Shown here: positions 1 through 12,745 of the stretch, piece after piece
Layout: every line of letters starts with the position of its first letter
Numbering within the stretch: the stretch's first letter is position 1
NCBI RefSeq assembly: GCF_009834535.1
Contig: NC_045696.1
Location: 22,818,001-22,882,000 of the forward strand
Length of the DNA stretch: 64,000 nucleotides
Reading direction: 5' to 3'
Source of the DNA: Camelus ferus
Lineage: Eukaryota
Program-made: the position numbers and the translations under genes
The notes under the pieces: model-generated
Databases searched by the model: none
What the model saw: the letters and a program-made list of their open reading frames with translations, nothing else
Told to the model about the DNA's origin: nothing

Positions 1-1399
1 GCAGTCCCCTCCTCACTGCGAACACCTCCAGTTTCTGCCTTCCCTGAGCGTCGCTTACTTAACTCCGTGACTGCTTGTACGGGTTCTGATGGCCGTGGAC
101 TGAAGCTCTGTTTCTTCATCTCAGAATAATGCTCCCAGAGCTGCTTTATGGAGCCATTCACAGAGAAGAGCAGTAACGAGCCCAACGGCATGGCTTCCTT
201 TTCTGTATTCTGTAACGTTCTTGTCCCAGCCGACTGTGTCTGGCAGCCGCACAATGAGTCCCTGCATGTGTCAGGGAGATGGATGAGACCTGCAGTGTCT
301 GCATCTCAGCACTGGCTCTGTGAGCTCCTGATGAACCTTACCTCGGGGATGCTAGATTCTGTGCCATTGAATTAGAAAGGCAAACCACCCCCTTCCAAGA
401 AATGTCTTATTTTCTCCCAACACAAAATGCTTTAATGGAAATAATGACACGCATTAGGTCCTTTGATGGATAGCACAGTGTACTTTCGTCCTCAGTATTT
501 CTGATTATAGGACTCTCTGTTTTTGCCTCGTTGCTCTGTTACTGTTTTTTTGAAGCTAAAACAAAAAAGAGGCTACTGGTAGAGATGGTAGTTCCTCCTA
601 AGCACTTCACACATCTTTGCTCTCAGAATGGAATCAGAAAAAGTAAGTTGCAAAGGATATTAATGAGCCCCCCTCATTTCCTTATCAGGGAAGTAGCCAG
701 TTAGTTTGGGGAAAGTCTGTTCTGATCTAAATTGACTGGTTTTTGTTTCAGCACGAAATCGGTTCTGAACTGTGCACGAATGTGATGGATTATTAGTAAG
801 GTCTCAGTGCTGCTAGAACCATTCAGGCACATCCGAGCAGAATGGGATTATGTGGGATATGAGCCAAAGGACAAACAACAATGACTCCTTCTACTATCTG
901 TTTTCTAGGGCTGACTTCACGTAACTTGCACTGTCACACAGGGCCCTGCACTTAGATGGGCAGTTTAATGCTCTGCTAGCATTGTATCGTCTCGAAATTC
1001 TTGATAATTTGTGAACAATAGGACCTGAATTTAATTTTGCACTGGCCCAGAAAATTATGTATGTAGTGTTGGTGCCAGGCACCGCTCTATGCTTTGTGAC
1101 TGATAAATAACAGGATTCCTCCTTGGTGTTCCTTCCTTCTTAGTTTTGACTGAGAAATGCAGGACAGACCCCAGCGTCGGTGTCAGGACACCAACGTGAG
1201 CCCGAGCAGCCTGCCCACCCACATGAAAGCTTGCGCTGGAAGTGGTCACGAGAAGTTGTTCCGTATGCCTCGGACCCTTCAGCCAGATCAATGGTCTAAA
1301 TTAAGGATTTGAGAGAGAAGATGTGTGCAGATACCTCTTCAAAGAGAGCAATTCCCCCACTATGAGTTCCCCCTCCTGTTCGTGGTTAGGAGGATAAGG

Positions 1400-2200
1400 A
1401 CCTTTCTCTTGCCTGAGAAAATTACAACAGACTATGGCTTAGATCCAACTCATACCTGGAAATTTATAAGTTAAGGGAAAGATGAAATAGGGGATCAAAA
1501 GGAAGTGATCTAGTTTTCTGGAACAAGGGATGATGCATGAGATCTGGCTGTGGGCCACGTGGAAGAGAGCCTTGGTGTAGAATCATCTTAGGTCTTCCAA
1601 GGCCTATCTTGTGGCTTCTGGAGGCACGAGAAGACCCCAGGGAGAGGATGTTCAGCTGGTGAGTAGTAGCTAATTTGGGAGCCTAAGCCCTGAAATAGAA
1701 AGGTATTTGTTGAGACCAAGGGAACCATGAGAGAGATTGGCCAAAGAGAACATTCAGAAAGCCCCCTAGAGCAACCATGAGGACAGAGGTCAGCTGTGAG
1801 CATCTGCACAGCCTTCCGCTAAGAGCTGCCACCTTGAACTATCTGACAGACCAGAAAGCATCGAGCCGCCCAGGTGTTACTTCTTCTCTCTCATTCCAGC
1901 TTTGATCCCAAAATGAAGCTGGGGCCTGGGAGAGATGGTGAACTGGAAGGGAGAAGGCACCAGAGCCCTTGCACCACTGTAAGTGCCAGCCTAAAACAGG
2001 TGCCAGCTGGTTGAGGGTTTCAGTTGCATGTTAAATCAGATTTGGAGTTTTCACTGTTATATCAGAGTGAACATTCTGGTGACTGAAAATTGAGCCTGTG
2101 TTTCCATTGCAAGTAATAGTCATATCACCTTTTACTCAGTAATGAGAGGAAAGGCAGAGAAGGCTGTCTGAGTGTTCCCTCCAGGGACACGAGAAGGTTA
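1400..2200. mobile_element. Possible highly degraded LTR remnant (old ERV/Gypsy-like)
   Basis: Purine-rich, LTR-like composition loosely resembling old mammalian LTRs; termini not resolvable. Confidence 0.25.
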
Positions 2201-2479
2201 TATCTTCTCCCACTTTCTCTTTCAGCTTTATTCAGTGATCACAGTGCACACACATCATGCTTGTTGACACATCAGTCACATCTTTATTACCCAATTAGTC
2301 ACCCCAGTGTTTTGCAGAAAGTTCTATCCAAATGTTGGACAGGAGAAAAATAAGAAATGCAGAGGCTGAGATCCTAGCAAATCGATAACTGACAAAGCTA
2401 GAATTTAAAGCCTGATTTGTGTTTCTTAAGGTTTATTCTTTCAATCACTAATTCTCTCTCCTAAATTAGAAAAAAATAC

Positions 2480-2650
2480 CATCTATTAAGTGCCTACTAA
2501 ATGCCAGAAATAGTGCTAATGGCCTCACTTATATGATTATGTTATTACTCCTTACATAAAGCATGCGTTAGATGTTTTCCTTGTTATTTACAGGAGGAAA
2601 CTGAGACTTAGAGGGTTTTAGTCACTGGTCAGTAACTAGTCTGAAATTAC
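2480..2650 (-). mobile_element. MIR SINE fragment
   Basis: tattaagtgcctactaaatgccag...ttacaggaggaaactgagacttagagg matches the reverse complement of the MIR core. Confidence 0.7.
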
Positions 2651-5600
2651 ATGCGTATCTCTTGTTCACCTGATCCAAAATTTGTACAGTTCATTCAGAG
2701 AAACAGAAGGAGAGAGCAAAAGAAAGAGAGAGATTAATTTCTCCCTACTTTTCTTCTCCAATAAGTCATATCTTTGCTAAAATAAAATGCATACAGAGGT
2801 CCTCCTAATTACACAGCCAGAGGTAGTCACAAAAACAACAGCATAACTGTTAGCTAGACATGGTCCCATGAAGAGATACCATAAATACAGGAAAAGAAAG
2901 CTAACAGTCACGGCAGCTTTAGCCAAGAATGAGGTGGCCGGCTGTGTTACTCACTCTAAGTGAACCTGTAACATTAGAGAGAGGGCTGCTCTGTCCTGTT
3001 TCCGGGAATAGCCAGAGAAGTTTCAGGGAAAAGCTGAGTCATTAATAATAGTTCTGTTTAAACAGTTCAAGAACAACCACCCAAAAAAAGCATCCAGGTT
3101 GAGGGGTGGCAGCAATCACAGAACTGGAATAAATATAACCAACAGAGGGAGGAAGCAGGGAAAGAGTTTTCTTTTCAAAAGACTGCTCTGTGTTCTAGAA
3201 GAGCAGGATAAATGTTGTGGCTACATTATTTATGCAGAGAGCCGAAGTCAGGCTGTTGGATGTGAACGTGATATGGTGGGAAATGAGAGTCCACGGCAGG
3301 TTCTTCATCAAGTGATTAAGCAGTGAAAGTAAAGTTTTAGAAATACTTTTCTGAGAATGGTATGCTGGCTGGAGCGGAGTGAAAAAAGAGAATAATGTCA
3401 GTGGGAATGACCAGAAATTGTTTAGTAAAGATGTCCCAGTACAATAGGGGACCTCATTTTTGCCTCTGCAGAATGGACTTTTGGAGTCAGCTTTCTTTCT
3501 TGAACGAGAGTAGAAAAGAATGGGGGTGGAATGCAGATACATAGATTCCAGATATTCATGTATCTGCAAACTCCACGCACGAGAAGAGCTGTAGCCCTGA
3601 AACAGTGTGGGAGTTTTGATCATTGTATATTAAACAGTGCATGTAGAGCTCACAGTTCAATGAACGAAATGAGCAAAGCACATGGCAAATTTCCAATGTC
3701 TGTTACAGTGTGGAGAAACATCAACATTGTGGTACTGGGACACGTGATGCGGTAGAAATAGCAGTGACTTAAGAACCAGAAATTTGCATTTTCTTTGGAA
3801 GCACAAAGGTGCTATAGGGAGAAAAATTGTCTTTCCTCTTCTCTTAACGTTTTAAAATTAGCATACAATTCCAGTTTGTTACCTGCTGGGCTTGGAGACA
3901 GTGGAATAGTCAAAGGAAATCCTGAATATACTGAGCACTTAAGAGTAATGACTTCTATTTAAGATTCCCTAACATACTTTCTGGAGTTGGAATGCTGCAT
4001 CAGATCTTATCATCAAAGGCTTTCTTGCAAAATGCCAGGATGCTATTGAATAAGGTAACAATGAGGCAGGGAGGGGACTCTTAATTTGCCCGAAACTTCT
4101 CTTACAGTATCTTGGTAATAGGCTCTGATGCACTCTTGGAGGGGAGGGAAGGAGTGGCGGGAGTGGGGGAGTGTGAGTCATTGATGTGGTGCATTTTCCC
4201 AATCTCTCACTGGCAAGATCCATACTGTGGTTTCTGTTCGAAGTGTTGACAATGGAGGAAGCATTACTAAGAATGGCTGTCGTGGGTCAGCCAGTAAAGC
4301 TCCACTCGGCCTTTCCTCTCACATCCACTTGTCTACTGTGTCTCTGACATGAAACAGAATCAACTCAGAAGGGGCGAAATCAGGTTACCTAGGATCCCGG
4401 ACAAATTTCTTTTAAGTTTGGCTTATTCCTTTGAATGATTTCTTAAAAATTGACCTTTCTGTTGAGGCATTTTCTAGAACAGTAGGATATCTTATTGAAG
4501 CATGCCTGTTGAGAGTCTTTGAACGCCCTTTTTTTTTTTTCCCTCCCACAGCTGCCCAAGTCTACTTCGGCTTTGGACCAGAAAAAACAATGTAAATTAT
4601 TTTTCCTCTTCTCCGAAATATTCAGTCTCTTTTCTCATGAATTATAATTTATGTGAAGTAATGAAATATAAATGTATCTTTGAAATCAGATGTTATTTTG
4701 TGTTCTCACTTTCAAAAACACTTTTTTGTTTGTTTCTGTACAAATTATCGGTCACTTATATTCCTGTGGGTATAATGCACAGATGGCTGAGTTCTTCAGG
4801 GATTTATGTCTGGAATAAATACATGCCATCCTCACAAACCTACTTCTGGATTGGTAATAGATATATTCAACCATTTGGTTAAAATCAAAACTCTCTCAGG
4901 AACATCATCTACAATACTTGGCAGGCAGCTTTACTTAGGCTGAAATCATGCATCTCTATGAAAAGCTTCTAAAGGGCACCCACACTTTGCTCAAAATGTA
5001 GGGCTGTATAGGACTTATTTTTGCATAGTTTTTTTTGAAATTTAAACAAGTCAAGATGATTGAAATAAATATTGTTTGAGAAATCTCCCAGTGCAAGTAA
5101 ACGTGTAAATAGCAAGTGGAAGAAAAGAAGTTGGAATAGCAGTGAGAGAAGTAATTGTTCAAAAGAAAAGCCACTTTAGAAGAAATCCCCGGCCTGACTG
5201 ACACCCTTTTGACCATAAGCTTTGTTATTGTCACTATCTCAATTCATTCTCAGTAACTTAAAATAGTTTTGTCACTGTCAGTAATCTGTACTGACACAGA
5301 GCTGCTTCATCTTGTTTTTTGTAATTACTCTCGAGCCAAACAGAAATTATGTAAAAACTAGAGGATTGATGCTATTAGCATCCTATAATATAATTCTCTT
5401 CCTATCATTCATTTCCTTCATGTTTTCATATACTACGACTGTTCTCCTCCCAAGATTATTACAGATGCAATGTTTGATGCTAATAATAGTCATTAGAAGT
5501 GGCTAATTATATGACTCAACAAGATTCTGAGTCACCCAAAATTATAATGGTAGAGAGAAAACTTTAAAAGTGACGTTCATTTGAGTCATTCTGATTTTAT

Positions 5601-5697
5601 GAAATCCTATTTTATATCAGTCAATATAATTTTATTTGATAGCTATCCAGTTATACAGATATTATGCATATAAATATGCTGTTTTATTGAAATAGCC

Positions 5698-5890
5698 AAT
5701 ATTTATTGTACTATGTTTCGCATAATAATGGCTATGAACAGTCCTAACTCCCTGGATCTAGTGGTCTCTTTAACCCTCCTTATGACACAGGCAGGAATAT
5801 TATTAACTGAAGTCAGAAATCAAATAGCTTGCCCAGGCTTCAGAACTAATGAGTGAGTATCCGAGACATTCTTACTCTGAGCTCAGAGTT
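5698..5890 (-). mobile_element. MIR fragment
   Basis: aactgaagtcaga...tagcttgcccaggcttcagaactaatgagtg resembles the antisense MIR core. Confidence 0.5.
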
Positions 5891-5899
5891 ATAGTCAAT

Positions 5900-6140
5900 A
5901 CACATACGTTTCTCAGATTGTGTTCTTCCAAAATAAGCTCCACAAAAATGAGTTTGTATTGCCCAGCAGCATTAGAGACATTTTTGGCTTCACCTTCTTT
6001 GGAGAAGATTCAGAGCACACATTAGCACATTAAACATGCTGAGAAACAGTTCAGTAGAGAAGCATTGTTTAATTCAGTGAGTCCCAAGCTGGTAAGCATC
6101 TAACTGCATAGTTTTTAAACACAAAACATCACACATACTT
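5900..6140. mobile_element. hAT-Charlie (MER103-like) remnant
   Basis: cacattagcacattaaacatgctgagaa...cagtagagaagcattgtttaattc resembles the recalled MER103 consensus. Confidence 0.4.
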
Positions 6141-6769
6141 TCAAGGGCCAGGCTTGTGAGTACATTTTCTTAGTCCATTAAGTGAGAGGATTGTCAAATC
6201 CATTTGGCCTCCTTGCCTGGAATTTCCTTGGCCGGAGGGGTACTCATTGCCATCACATGGTACCTCAGTGTTGGATAAATCTCAGAACAGTAAAGTATAT
6301 AAACTGTTTAAACTGTGCATATAGCCTTCTTTGTTTCTTTGGAAAGGAAGAAAAGGTCTTTAAGAATTATATTTACTATTTTTAATATTTAATATTTTAT
6401 AAGGAGTTCAATCCTTAAAATATTGTATGATGGCACAGTATTTTATAACCACACCACAGATACTCAACCTTCTAGAAAGAGATGCCTAGAATTAATTACA
6501 TTTTGGTTTCTTCATCATTTGGATGAATGGGTGCATAAGAGGAACCCATGTCTTGTGGAATAATGCTATAGTAAGGCATTAGTATGCATAACTTTATTCC
6601 ATAAACTCATCCCAATGTTGCTGTCATGCAACCTTTATAAAAGAACACACTCATGATAATTTGTATCACAGTATTTCCTGGAGATGATGAGGTACCATTC
6701 CCAATGAAGCTTGCTGTAGCAAAGTTTAAGTGTAATGTAGTATTTACCAGATGTATTAAATTGCATAAC

Positions 6770-9050
6770 TTATTTTTAAATCGCTTTATTGAGCTATGAT
6801 TGACACATAAAAAGCTGTAAATATGTAAGATATACAACTTGGTGAATTTGGGGATAAGTACACACACAGGATACCATCTCCACTATCAAAGCCATAAAAA
6901 TATCCATCATCTTCCGAAGTTTCCTCCTGCATCCTTTACTATTTTCATTGTGTGTGTGTGTGTGTGATTGAGAGATAAGAACACAACATAAGATCTACTT
7001 TTTTAGCAAATTTTAAGTATACAATACAGTACTGTTAGCTTTAGGTACTAGGCTATATACTTCATCTCCAGAATGCATTTATCTTATATAACTGAAACTT
7101 TGTACTCCTTGACCGTCACCGTCTCATTTTTCCCTCCTCCGACCCATGGCAATCACTATACTACTCTCCCCTCTGTGAGTCTGACTATTTTAGACTCCAC
7201 ACATAAGTGTGATCATATATTATTTGTTCTTCTGTGTCTGGTTTATTTCACTTAGCACAATGTTCTCCAGGTTTATCCATATTGTAAAAAATGGCAGGAT
7301 TTCCTTTTTTTTTTTTTAATAGGGGTACTGGGGATTGAACCCAGGACCTCATACATGCTAAGCATATGCATTACCACTGAGCTATACCCTTCCCCCAGGA
7401 TTTCCATCTTTATTAAAATTCCATTGTATGTATATACATTTTCTTTATCCAGTCACTCATGGATGAACATTAACTTGCTTCCATGTCTTGGCTATTATGA
7501 ATAATGCTGCAATGACATAGGAATGCAGGTATCCCTTTGAGACCCTGATTTCAATTCTTTTGGATAGATACCCAGAAGTGGTATTGCTGGATCATTTTGT
7601 AGTTCTATTTTTAATTTTTTGAGGAGTCTCCATTTTGTTTTCCAATATGACTGTCCCAATTTAATTTCCCATAAGAAGTGTACCAGGGTTCCATTTTCTC
7701 CACATCCTCACCAACAGTTGTTACCTTTTTTTAAAAGTCATAACCATTATAAAAGTTGTGAAGTGATACTGTGGTTTTGATTTGTATTTCCCTGACGATT
7801 AGGGATGTTGAGCACCTTTTCATATACTTCTTGGACATTTATTATGTGTCTTCTTTGGAGTGATGTCTATTCAGACCCTTTGCCCATTTTAAAAAATCCA
7901 TTTATTTATTTGTTTTGCTATTGAGTTGTAAGAGTTCCTTACATATTTTGGATATTAACCCATTATCAGATGTATGGTTTACAAATACTTTATTCCACTT
8001 TTCAGGGTGTATTTTCATTTTGCTGATTTTTTTCTTTGCCATCTGGAAGAGTTTTAGTTTGATGTAGTCCCACTTATTTTTGCTTTTGTTGTCTGTGCTT
8101 TTGGTGTCGTATTTAAAAGATCATTGCCAAGACCAATGTCAGGGAGTTTTCCCCTATGTTTTCTTTTAGGAGTTTTATGGTTTCAAGTCTTACAGTTAAG
8201 TCTTTAATCCATTTTGAGTTGATTTTTGTGTATAGTGTAAGATAAGTTTCCAATTTCATCCTTTTTGCATGTGAATATCCAGTTTTCCCATCACCATTTA
8301 TTTAAAAGACTATTCTTTCATTTTGTATTTTTGGTACCCTTGTTGAAGATTAGTTGAGCATATATGCATGAGTTTATTTCCTTTTTCTCTATTTTGTTCC
8401 ATTGGCCTATGTGTCTATTTCTATGCCCATATACCATGTGGCTTTGATTACTGTGTCTTTGTAATATAGTTTGAAATCAGGATGCATGTTGTCTCCAGCT
8501 TTGTTTTTCTTGTACAAGATTGTTTTTGATATCTGGGGGTATTTTGTGGTTCCATATGAATTTTAGGATTTTTTTCTATTTCTGTGAAAAATTCTATTGG
8601 AATTTTTGAAAGAGACTGCATTCTGTAATCTGCAATCTGTAAAATGCTTTAGGTATGGGTATTTTGGCAATATTAGTACTTCCAACTGGTGAACATGGAG
8701 TATCTTTCCATTTATTTGTGCCTTAAGTTTCTTTCATTGATGTTTTATAGTTTTCAGTGTACAGATCTTTCACCTCCTTAGTTAAATTTATTGCTAAGTA
8801 TTATATTGTTTCTGCTGCTATTATAAATGAGATTATTTTCTTAATTTCTTTTGCAGATAGTTTGTTGTTTGCATATTGAGACACAACTGTTTTTTGCATG
8901 TTGACTTTGTATCCTGTAACTTTATTGAATTTGTTTATTAGTTTTAACAGTTTTTAGTACAGTCTTTAGGGTTTTCTATATATAAGATTATGTCATCTGC
9001 AAACAGAAACAATTTTATTTCTTCCTTTCTAACTTGAATGCCTTTTATTT
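6770..9050 (-). mobile_element. Old L1 (L1MA-type): 3' UTR plus 3' half of ORF2, degenerate
   Basis: L1MA-type 3' end at the left. The minus strand at ~8980-9050 reads [23 protein letters not shown], with the RT FADD motif at 8992-9003. Confidence 0.93.
7305..7395 (-). mobile_element. Camelid tRNA-Ala-derived SINE (vic-1 type) nested in L1
   Basis: Minus strand reads ggggaagggtatagctcagtggta...tgcttagcatg..gaggtcctgggttcaatccccagtacc plus poly(A). TSD caggatttcc at 7295-7304 and 7396-7405. Confidence 0.93.
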
Positions 9051-9792
9051 TCTGGAAATACAGCATACCAAAATGTGGGATGCAGCAAAAGCAGTTTTAA
9101 GAGAGAATTTTATAGTGACAAATGCCTACATTAATATAAAAGAAAGATCTCAAATAAACAATCTAACATTTCACCTCAAGAAACTAGAAAAATAACAAGT
9201 CCCAAGCAGCAGAAAGAAGGAGATATTAAAGATTAGAGCAAAACTAAATGAAATAGAGACTAGAAAACAATAGAAAAAATCAATGAAACTAAGAGTTGGT
9301 TTTTTAAAAAGATCAATGAAATTGACAAAACTTTATCCAGACTAAGAAGGAAAGAGAGAAAACTCAAATAAATGAAATTGGAAATGAAAGAGGAGAACTT
9401 ACAACCAAAACCCACAGAAATACAAAGGACTATACTAGACTACAATGAACAGTTATATGACAACAGATTGGATAACTTAAAAGAATGGAATAATTTCTGA
9501 AAACATTCAACTTACCAAGATCGAATCATGAAGAAATAGAAAATCCTTACAGACCAATAACAAGGAGATTGAGTAATCAAACACTGCCTAACAAAGAAAA
9601 ACCCAGGACCATGTGGCTTCACTGCCGACTTCTATGAAACATTTAAAGAAGAATTAATTCAATCCTCTCAATCTCTTCCAAAAAATTGAAGAGGAGGGAA
9701 GACTTACAAGCTCATTTTAGAAAACTATCCTTACCAATACCACAGCCAAGTAAGGACACTACAAGAAATGAAATTACAAGAAGCAAAATTTC
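9051..9792 (+). mobile_element. Inverted L1 ORF2 segment (post-endonuclease linker to start of RT)
   Basis: Sense ORF2 sequence from tgggatgcagcaaaagcagttttaaga (WDAAKAVLR) to gacactacaagaaatgaaa...gcaaaatt. It abuts the minus-strand piece directly. Confidence 0.9.
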
Positions 9793-10109
9793 TATAAAGC
9801 TACCTTGAGTAATGGTAACTAAGATATATATGACCCATGATCACACTTGATTCTTTAGCATTTTATTTACCTATAACCTTTGAAAAAAAAAGCTTGAGAA
9901 AAAAATTAATCATTATCTAATGGACTAATACTGTGATTGAAATACCCTAAATGGTCAATGAGTCTATATATAAGATTGTGAGAAATACTCAGTTTATTCA
10001 GAAACAGAGACAATTATGAGTAAACAATAGAAAGAGAAATGCTGAAAGCCCAGGGCGGCAAAAAGTGTGTTGACAAGAAGGAAAACAGACAGATCAGCTG
10101 CTGGTGAGG

Positions 10110-10250
10110 CACGAGATGTTAAGCAACTAATTTCCTTAAGCATTTCCAACCCCAGTTTCCTTATCTTTAAAGTGTGGATATTAATACAACTCTGCTTAAC
10201 TCAGGAGTACTGGGAAGAAAAATTAGGTTAACTTATGTAAGACATTTTGT
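10110..10250 (+). mobile_element. MIR fragment
   Basis: cccagtttccttatctttaaagtgtggatattaatac matches the MIR core. Confidence 0.6.
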
Positions 10251-10792
10251 GGTCAAAAATTATACTCTTAAGGTCATTCTGTTAAAGAAGCAGAGGCAAG
10301 CAGTTTCACCAAATTACTCCATGAAAGCCATTCTACCTCTTAATAGTTGAGGGGCTAATGGAAAATTGTTAGCAGAAGGACCTATGTTACAGCTATGGTA
10401 TTCTCTGGTAGCCAAAACAAACAAAACAAAACAAAAACTATGGTTTAAAATGATAGAAGTGTATTTATTGTTCACATTATAAATCTAACATAGTTCAGCA
10501 GCGACCTCTACTCCACATAATCACTCAGGGACTGGTCTGATGGCCAGTATGACATTTTAGCAACAGAAATCTCAGGAGCAGGGAAGAGACTGTAGAATTG
10601 TAGATGGGATTCTCACTGCTGGCCTGCTCACAGATCCGCTGGCCCTTAATTGCACTGGGGCTAGGAAACATAGGAGAGCAAATGGAATTTGTTAAGCATT
10701 ACAGTTTCTACTGTGGTACTTAATTTACATTAGTGAGAAAGAGGAAGAAAGGAGGAAGGTTTCTAATAACAGTCAAAAGAGCATTACAATTC

Positions 10793-11548
10793 TGTGATTT
10801 GTTGGTTCTCCAATATCAACTGAGTGTCCAACAATTCAATTTAATTCTGGCACTTGCTGTCTGGAATTAGCATAGTCCTCAACGCTTAAGGACTTAGGCC
10901 CACAAGACTGCCCACACTTCAGGCACCAAACACAAATTCCAGGAGTACTTCTCACTGACCAGCAATAAATTTGACAGTGTCCACAGTCCCCTCCTTAAGT
11001 TTGATAATTTGCTAGAACAACTCACAGAACTCAGAAAAACACTTTACTTTTGCTTACTGGTCTATTATAAAGGATGCAACTCAGAAACAGCCAAATGGAA
11101 GAGATTCATTAGGCGATGTACAGGGGAATAAGGTGGGTGCATGGAGCTTCCAAGTCCTCTGAAGACACATGACCTTCCAAAGCACATCAGTGTGTCGTCA
11201 ACTCAGAAATTCTCTGAACTCTATCACATAGAGATTTTTATGGAGGCTTTATAACATGGGTTTGATTGAATAAATCATTGATCATTAGTGATTGAACTCA
11301 ATCTTCAGCCCCCTTCCCTTCCTGGAGGTTTTGAGGTGAGGCTGAAAGTTCCAATTCTCTAATCATGCCTTGTTCTTTCTGGAGACCAGCCCTGTTACTG
11401 AAGATGTCCAGGGGCCCCTAGTCACCAGTTATATTATTAGCATACCAAAGACACTCCTGTCACTCGGGAGAGTTCAAGAATTTTAGGAACTGTGTGCCAG
11501 AAACTAGGAACAAGGACAAAAATGTATTTTTAAAAATTATTCTACACA
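10793..11548 (-). mobile_element. MER21-like solo LTR
   Basis: Blocks cccacaagactgccc, gtttgataatttgctagaacaactcacagaactcag, cagccaaatggaagagat and tgtgccagaaactaggaacaaggacaaa match recalled MER21; TG...CA ends. Confidence 0.75.
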
Positions 11549-11559
11549 TTCTAAAACAA

Positions 11560-12745
11560 ATAGAACTCACTCCGCATACAAAAGTTAATTCAAAATGGAC
11601 CAAAGACTGAGCTATCAGAACTGACACTATAAAACTCTTAGGAAAAAAAGCTAGGCATACAAATTTATGACTTTGGATTAGATAGTCATTTCTTAAAAAT
11701 AGTACCAAAAGCACAAGCAGACAAAAGAAAAAATTGATAAATTGGATATCATCAAAAGTAAAAATTTGTGCTTCAAAGGATACTATCAAGGAAGTGATGT
11801 GATAACCCAAAGAATAGGATAAATTTTGCAAATCATATATCTGAAAAGGTACTGGTATCTATAATATACCAAAGAGTGCTTACAACTAATAATAAAATGA
11901 CAATCCCAATTAAAAGCGAGCTTAGTATCCGAATAGGTATTTCTCCAAAGAAGATACACTGGTGGGCAATTAGCATATGAAAAGGTGCTCAGCATCATTG
12001 GCCATCAAGAAAACACAATCAAAACAAGATGAGCTATCATTGTACATCCACTAGGATGACTATAATAAAAAAAATAATAATAACAAGCATTGGTGAGGAT
12101 CTGAAGAAACTGGAAACTTTATACAGTGCTGGTGGGAAAATATTTTTTAAAATGGTAATTTGACAGTTCCTTCAGAGGTTAAACATAGTTACCATATGGC
12201 TCAATAATTCCACTCTTATGTATAAACCCAAAAGAAATAAAAACATATTTCCATACAAACATTTGTGCATGAATGTTCATAGAAGTATTATACATAATTG
12301 CTAAAAAGTGTAAGGACCCAAATGTCCATCAACTGATGCATAAATAACAGGGGTATATACATAAAATGGAATACTATTAGGCTATAAAAAGGAATGGAAT
12401 ACAGATACATGTTACATTATGGATGAATCTTGAAAACATGTTAACTGAAAGGAGCTCCCTAAAAGGCCACATAGTTTATGATTCCATTTATAAAGATGTC
12501 CAGAATAGGCAACTAGAAAGAGAATATAGATGAGTGGTTGCCTGGGGCTGGGACAGGGAAGAGGAGGAGTTGAGGGGAAATGAGGGTACAGGATTTATTT
12601 GTGGGATGATGATAATGTTCTAAAATTGATTGTGATGATGGTCAAATAACTCTGTAAATATACTGAAAAGCATTAAATTGTACATTTTAAATTGATGAGT
12701 TGTATGGTAGGTGAATGTCTCAAATAAAGCTGTTTAAATAATAGT
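11560..12745 (+). mobile_element. L1MB-type: ORF2 C-terminus and 3' UTR
   Basis: aattcaaaatggaccaaagac, cccaaatgtccatcaactgat, and a 3' end ctcaaataaagctgttt with an A-rich tail. Confidence 0.9.

Noticed and set aside
722..802. Exon-like stretch: ttttgtttcag acceptor, ~44 nt, then gtaagg
   Set aside because: No recognisable peptide and no partner exons; such signals arise by chance in 64 kb.
3195..3623. 142-aa minus-strand ORF
   Set aside because: No recognisable domain; composition reflects the antisense of purine-rich, probably L2-derived sequence.
4141..4169. G-quadruplex-like run next to an AP-1 site
   Set aside because: One loop is 10 nt and there is no promoter context; the motif is common.
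7320..7395. tRNA-Ala(AGC) gene (also at 31.7 kb and 51.9 kb)
   Set aside because: Poly(A) tails, TSDs and stem-breaking substitutions show these are SINE copies.
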